24,873 nucleotides of DNA from Tubiluchus corallicola (lineage: Eukaryota > Animalia > Priapulida). The number at the start of each line of letters is the position of its first letter. Position 1 is the stretch's first letter. Where the stretch lies: NCBI GenBank assembly GCA_030141605.1, contig JAQGDQ010001803.1, positions 1 to 24,873 on the forward strand, read 5' to 3'. The notes beneath the pieces were generated by a model. It was not told the DNA's origin. It searched no databases and was given only the letters and a program-made list of their open reading frames with translations. A program made the translations under genes and the position numbers. Of the stretch, positions 18,811-24,873 are shown piece after piece.

Positions 18811-19131
18811 TGTATCCATAGGACACACTTGGGTGCAAAATTGATGCAAAACTGTCTGTTATTTTGTTGAACTGTATATTGTATACTAAATTAAAGCTTC
18901 TCTTATGAATACTGTGCTACCAAAAATTGTCTGTACACTGTATTAGTAAGCAATTTTAAAAAGTACTGTAATAACTTTTTAGTATAATATGTAATTTTAG
19001 ATGTAGTGTTATTATATGATGTAATTTGTGAGTTTCAATATAAAACAATTTTAAAAGTAAGACATAATTTAATGTGTATTATTTAGTTTAATATATGTGA
19101 TATAGTGTAGTGTATTTTTATAGCATTTAAT

Positions 19132-19153
19132 GTGTGCGTGTGTGTGTGTGTGC
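19132..19153. repeat. (TG)n microsatellite
   Basis: Direct reading. Confidence 0.85.
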
Positions 19154-19848
19154 GCATGTTAGTGCGATGAATTGGATTTGACGACTTGAGAAAGCAGTGG
19201 CATTAGTATATAAAAAACATGTTACGATGTCAGCAACAGAGATGGTACATCTCAAGCTATATAGATTAAAAGCGTATTACACACTTCTTGTTTTAACTAC
19301 TACTACAATATCCAAAAATGAACATGTTAAAAAACATGAACTAAAACCTGAAGAACCTGCCAAACCAGATTCATTTATCGAGTAAAAGCTACAGACGCTC
19401 TTGTTAAGCAATGAGCCATCAATGTTTTTCAAACGCATCACACGGTATATACATTTTCTTTTGACTTTTCATTGTTAATAATCATTCACAAGTATCAATT
19501 AACAAATCTGTACACGACCGTCAACACCTATTTGTACTCGATTGTCAACACATATTTCTATACGACTGTCAACACGTACTTCCACGGCTTCACTTTATCA
19601 CTGTTGCAAACAAAATGCATACTAACTTGAGCCGGACACCTAAGATGCACCTTGTAATCAGGGCTGGATTATGATATTTTAGGGTCCCTAGGCAAATAAA
19701 ATTATAGGCCTTCGCAGATGGAGCTGCCCTATAACTTGCTCGTCCAAGACATTTTTTACTTGTGTTATATTTTAGCGACATGTACAAAGCTTGAAACACT
19801 TTAAATAAACTAGAATAGCTGTCTTTTGTTTGTCAATAAAAATATTCT

Positions 19849-20400
19849 TTAAAGGAAAAACGGACGATTGTTTAGACTCAATCTCATTTTAATTTACTGT
19901 CCAAAATGTACGTTTTCTTGCCTATAAAAGTTAACAATTGTTCCTTATATTTGAACAATTAGCTTAGAAAATTAATTAATGGCAACTGAACACAGCTACT
20001 GCTCATGTCAAAACTAACCACAGCTTGTGCAATGACAGGCGTCTTCCCTTGCATGTCAAGCACATTTGCATAAGTGTTACAGTATTGTTTAAATGCATGT
20101 CACAAAAATGTTCTTTACATCATATGACGTCTTGAAACTAACACTGCAGTTCATGATCAAGGTTATCACGGTACTGCCTTCTATTTGTTGGCAATGCGCA
20201 CGTGACAAAAATGCGCTGCTGCCAATCTTGGTAGATTCACTGAGCCGTGCGTAGCTTTGAGTGTTTAACAAAATTTGATTATTCCAGGTAATTATTATTT
20301 AATCCAAGCTCTGATTTAAAAAAGCTATTGTAATTTTCAATATTTTAAAGCATTTTTTATTCTGAACTAATGTTTACAGAATCATCCGGTTTTTATTTAA
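19849..20400. mobile_element. Third Kolobok/T2-like MITE
   Basis: TTAA-AGGAAAAACGGACGATT ... AATCATCCGGTTTTTAT-TTAA, TIR 13/17, similar to the family A termini; I saw no internal similarity to family A. Confidence 0.65.
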
Positions 20401-21354
20401 GAAATACCATTATTTTACTATTCATTGCAAGCTGAATTAGCCGATACACTTGGGTTAACCCATGTACTATGCGTCCTACTTGGGCTATGTGCACCAATTG
20501 CCCTATTTCGGCTAGCGCCCTACTCCACACCCAACATATGCATAACGGAAGCGCCTAAGATGATGATTATGTTCAGATGTAGAGATTTCCCTCGGAAAGT
20601 GAACTAGCAAGTGTGAACGCCTTGGCAAGTTCTTCAAGTGGTGTGTGCTGGTCATTGTGTTTGTACTAGAATTGGGGAGCATCGCAAAAGCCAGCTTTGC
20701 TCTAACCGTACTTTCATAAGTTATTTATTTCACATTACACATTTAAAATAGTTTCATAATACAAATAAGTTTTTATTATTTTTGCACAAGAAAAGCCTCA
20801 CATACTGTTCATCTATATACAAATGTAAATGTGTTGCGGGCATATATAATCTAAAAATTTAAAGTCTATCGTATGATAAAGAAAACATTTAGTGCTTTAG
20901 AATGGAATGATGTAATAAATGAAGCGGTGAGAGCACTCTGTCTTTTTCTGTGTTTTACATTTATTTGACTATGCCCTCGATGTTTGTTGTGGTCCTGGTG
21001 GGTTTGTTATCTGTGTCCATTTCTCTTGCTTTTGATTTCCCACATTGTAGTTTCCCTTTTTGCAAATGGTGAGAGAACTCTATCTGTTTCTGTGCTTGAA
21101 ATTGTTTACCTGTTGTGTTCTTTTTTTTTGGTTCTTAAGTGTTAGATAATATCTTGTACATTTCTCTGCACCTTTTTCCAGTACAACCTTGTTTATTTTG
21201 CGATTGCGGTACTCGACTCTCTCCACATATCAGAGGCGGGCACTTTTAATTTTTATAAATTATAGTGTGCAAAGTCTATTCTTCTGTAACGCTGATCTTT
21301 TAGCAGTCTTTTCCCAGTTTAATGTCTTTATTTGTCTTTATCTGGGCATTATTG

Positions 21355-21373
21355 TGCGCATGCGCCAAGATGG
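21355..21373 (+). promoter_or_regulatory. NRF-1-type palindrome plus YY1-like core at the presumed LINE 5' end
   Basis: TGCGCATGCGC (21355-21365) directly followed by CAAGATGG (21366-21373). Confidence 0.45.
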
Positions 21374-21743
21374 AGACGTTTTAAAATTTCTGTGCTTGCA
21401 CAAAACTAGCAAAATTGAATAAAAAGAATTATTTTATGTGATATCTCAGCGTTGATGCCTGCAAACTTTATATAAGTAATCTTCGGTAGTCAACTTTATG
21501 AAGTTTTTGGAAAACAGATACAGTGAGAACGTTCTAATTTTAATTTTACGTCGGCAGTATTCTTGCACAACACTTGTTGTGGCCTTGACACTGCTGTATG
21601 CCGTAACCTGGAGTATAGTTCTAGCCGCTATTACAATTGGTGTAAAACCTCGAAGTTTTCCATGTCAAACAATTTATGAAGTTGAGCTGAACTTAGCGAA
21701 CTGTAGTAAACTGACGCTAATAAACTTATGTAACAGTAAGCTA

Positions 21744-22768
21744 ATGCCTCATAGCTACCTAACAAGAAGTTCCAAATCATCAGCAAGTGATTGTCTAAGC
21801 AATAAAAAGTGTACTGCTAATCTGAGTGGCAGTATAAAATCTAAAGCAAGCTCTAAAATGGATAAAGCATCAAGGGTTTCAAATGCCGGGACTCAAGGTA
21901 CTGAGACAAACAATAACTCAACACCCACTAATACTATAACTAGATTTACCACTTTTGTTTCTGAAAGTTACTGTCAATCTGCTAGCCAGAAAGGTGATAC
22001 ATGTCTAAGTGCAACAATTGGGACAGGTGTCCAAGCAGTAGCCAACCCTGTTGACTCCATGAAATCTGGACTACTTGAAGCCTTAAACGGTCTTAAAAAT
22101 ACAGTGGTCTTAGAATTTGATAACATGAGAAAAGAACTTGATAGTCTAACCTCAAGCCAACAATTCATTGCTGCTCAATACTAAGACATCAAAAATGACC
22201 ACCAACACATTATGAAGGAATTAGATGAAACCAAAAAAGAAAACCATACATTAAGACGCACTCTAGAAGAAGTTGGTACAAAACTTCAACACACAGAACG
22301 CGAACTAGACACTCTTGAGCAGTACACTCGCAGGGACAGTTTGCTGATTAGCGGTGTTCCGCCAATGGAAAATGTAAAAACGGATGATATTGTGGTGAAA
22401 CTTGGTGGTTTGATGGGACTAAATGTTACTCATAGCAATATTAGTATCTCGCACCGAGTTCCATAATCGAAGGGACCAAATCCCATTGTAGTAAAATTTC
22501 TGAAGAGGACTACAAGAGACATGTTCTACAGATCCCAAATAAAAATGCCAGACCTTCACAAGCTAGGCATTCCTAAAAATGGCAAAATCTTCATTAATGA
22601 ATGTCTAACACAGTGCAGAAAAGACTTGTTTAACAAGTGCCTAGCTCTTAAGAAACTCAAAAAGTACAAATCAGTTTGGACTAACCAAGGACGTATTTAC
22701 TTAAAAGTCAATGACAATTGTGGCCTCTCGAAATTAAGACTGAAACCGATTTGAATAAATTAAGATAA
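21744..22768 (+). pseudogene. LINE ORF1 (coiled coil + L1-ORF1/FP25K-like RRM-CTD), disrupted
   Basis: Track ORFs 21498..22184, 22212..22466 and 22521..22754 are one frame split by TAA at 22182 and 22464; motifs LEQYTRRDSLLISGVP, SHRV, IVVKF, IFINECLT, VWTNQGRIYLK; frameshifted end EIKTETDLNKLR* at 22768. Start ATG 21744 inferred. Confidence 0.85.
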
Positions 22769-22840
22769 TTGTCTATCCTCAATGTTACATTTAACATTTA
22801 AACAAGCAGAGATAACACATTTTAGTTTTTTTTTATCAGT

Positions 22841-24873
22841 ATGGTAATTCGTTACCCTTGTATTTCTTGCAATAAACCATGCCGAATAAATCAAAGTGCA
22901 ATTTTTTGTGATATCTGCAAAAATTGGATACACAAAAATTGCACTTTATTATCCCATGATGAGTTTGCTCTACTATCTAACACCAACAATTCCTTTTTCT
23001 GTTTGCAGTGTATCAACAACATATTACCGTATCAAAGTCTAACTGAGGACGAGTTTTTTGATGCACTGGGTGACCAATCTGAACTGCTGAATCTTACTAA
23101 TATGGTCTCTCTCTACTCTGATCTATTGTGTGCTACTAATGAAGATATTGACCCAGATGAATTCACCATTCAATATGACAGCAGGTATGTAAAATTAAAT
23201 CAGATTCAGTCAGACCCCAAGTACAAAATTAGTGCCAATGATTTCTCTTTTATTCACGTAAATGTTTCCAGTGTAAATAAACATTTTACTAATTTATATG
23301 ATATGCTGTGTAATTTTCAATCCTGGCCTGACCTTATAGGGGTCTCTGAAACCAGACTTGATGATAGCAGGCAATTTCTGTGTAGTATTCCGGGTTACAC
23401 TTTCTTACAAGAGACTTCTCCAACTAATGCTGGTGGTGTTGGTATTTACATTAAACAAGAAATAATATTTAATGCAGCTCCCAATTACAAAATAAGCCAT
23501 AGTTTAAATAAAGATAATTTTCAGACGGAAGATTATTGCCTTGAAATCAAAACCAAAACAAAAAATATTGTCGTCGGAATAGTATATAGACACCCTAACA
23601 CAGATGTGCCAAGTTTCCAGGAACAACTTGATAAAACTCTAGCTGCAATTAATAAGTCTGGTGAACTTGCGTACATCTCTGGGGACTTTAACATAAATCT
23701 GCTACACCATGAAAGCAAAACTTTTGTATCTAATTATCTTGCAATGATCTATGCCAACTGCTTTTTCCCTTTAATCACCAAACCAACTAGAATCACCAAT
23801 AGATTCCAAACTTTGATTGATCACATATATACTAATGATTTAGTAAACCCTATAACCCCTGGTATCATACTTTATGAAGTAGCAGATCATTTACCTGTTT
23901 TTACAATTATTAATAAGTCTTTATCTAAACGAAAAAATCATAAAGTAGTAATAAGGGATAAAACTAATTTTGTAAAAGAAAATTTTATTTGTGAATTAAA
24001 CGAAGTTTTTAATACTACCCACTATTCTACTCTACACACTAATGAAGTCTTCAATGTTTTTTTTTGACACCCTGAGTAATCTAGTTAGTAAACACTTGCC
24101 TTTTAAGACTCTTTCTAGGTGAAAAACCAAAGCCTACAAAAAACCATGGATAACAGCCGGACTTTTAAAATCAATAAAGACTAAAAGTAAATTATATAAA
24201 ACACATAAATTTTCTAACAGCCTGTATAAACAAAATTACTATAAAACTTTCTCTAATACGTTAAATCATACTAAAGAAAAGGCTAAAAAACAATACTATA
24301 AGAACCTACTGGAAACCAATAAAAGCAATACTAGAAAAATGACTTAGCTAACCGTAAAAACAAAGACGCCATCTTGCCTAATAAAATTAAAGTCAATGGA
24401 ATGGAAACAAGTAACCAGGCAATTATATGTGATGCTTTCATTGAACAGTTTATCTCTATAGGTAATAAGCTGGCTACTAAAATCCAAAATACTAACACTA
24501 GTCATAATGACTTTCTTAAAAACCCTGTACAAAATATGTTTTTCATTCCCCAATTCATGAACAGGAAATTCTTAATGAGATAAATCACCTTAATAGTAAT
24601 AAATCTTCAGGACCAGATGAGATACCCATCCAATACTACAAAATAATTAGTCATGTACTTTCTCTTCTGCTAACTGATCTATTTAATAAATCAGTTGCAG
24701 AAGCTGTATTCCCTGATAAGCTAATAATTGCCAAAATTGTTCCAATATACAAAGCTGAATCACTAAATGAATTAAATAACTATAGACCTATTTCGTTGCT
24801 TTCCCCAATATCAAAAAATTTTGAAAAATTAGTGTATAATCGACTTGACATTTTCTTACCAAACTTTAACATA
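22841..24873 (+). pseudogene. LINE ORF2: PHD finger, APE endonuclease, start of reverse transcriptase; frameshifted
   Basis: PHD CISC..CDICKNWIHKNC..CLQC; APE motifs HVNV, SET, GGVGIY, YRHP, GDFNIN, PTR, LIDHIY, DHLP; frameshift in T-run near 24060, TGA 24120, KPWIT linker, then KSSGPDEIP, AKIVPIYK, NYRPISLL, FEKLVYNRL. Confidence 0.92.

Larger units (their letters stand above)
21355..24873 (+). mobile_element. CR1-clade LINE, 5' region apparently intact, ORFs disrupted, continues beyond the window
   Basis: ORF1 with coiled coil and RRM-type motifs followed by ORF2 PHD-APE-RT; 5' boundary inferred from promoter-like motifs. Confidence 0.9.

Noticed and set aside
19659-19712. hAT-MITE-like left end (CAGGGCTGGATT...GGGTCCCTAGGC)
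   Set aside because: No matching right TIR or 8-bp TSD found.

Overview
AT-rich, repeat-dense animal (probably invertebrate) genomic DNA; no prokaryotic features. The main gene is invisible in the ORF track: a 7-exon + strand gene (2212..10421, all introns GT-AG, phases consistent, 909 nt = 302 aa + stop). It encodes a secreted, highly acidic, divergent pentraxin/LamG-fold protein that lacks the Ca2+-binding loop, is flanked by two predicted amphipathic helices and ends in a Pro/Arg-rich tail. Intron 3 carries the 3' end of a Penelope-like retroelement with a minimal hammerhead ribozyme motif in sense orientation. The rest is several TTAA-flanked Kolobok/T2-like MITEs (one with its own terminus amplified 7 times), other MITEs, micro- and minisatellites, a C2H2 zinc-finger array with an internal stop, and a decayed CR1-type LINE (ORF1; PHD-APE-RT ORF2) running off the right end. 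All calls come from manual reading; no database search was run.
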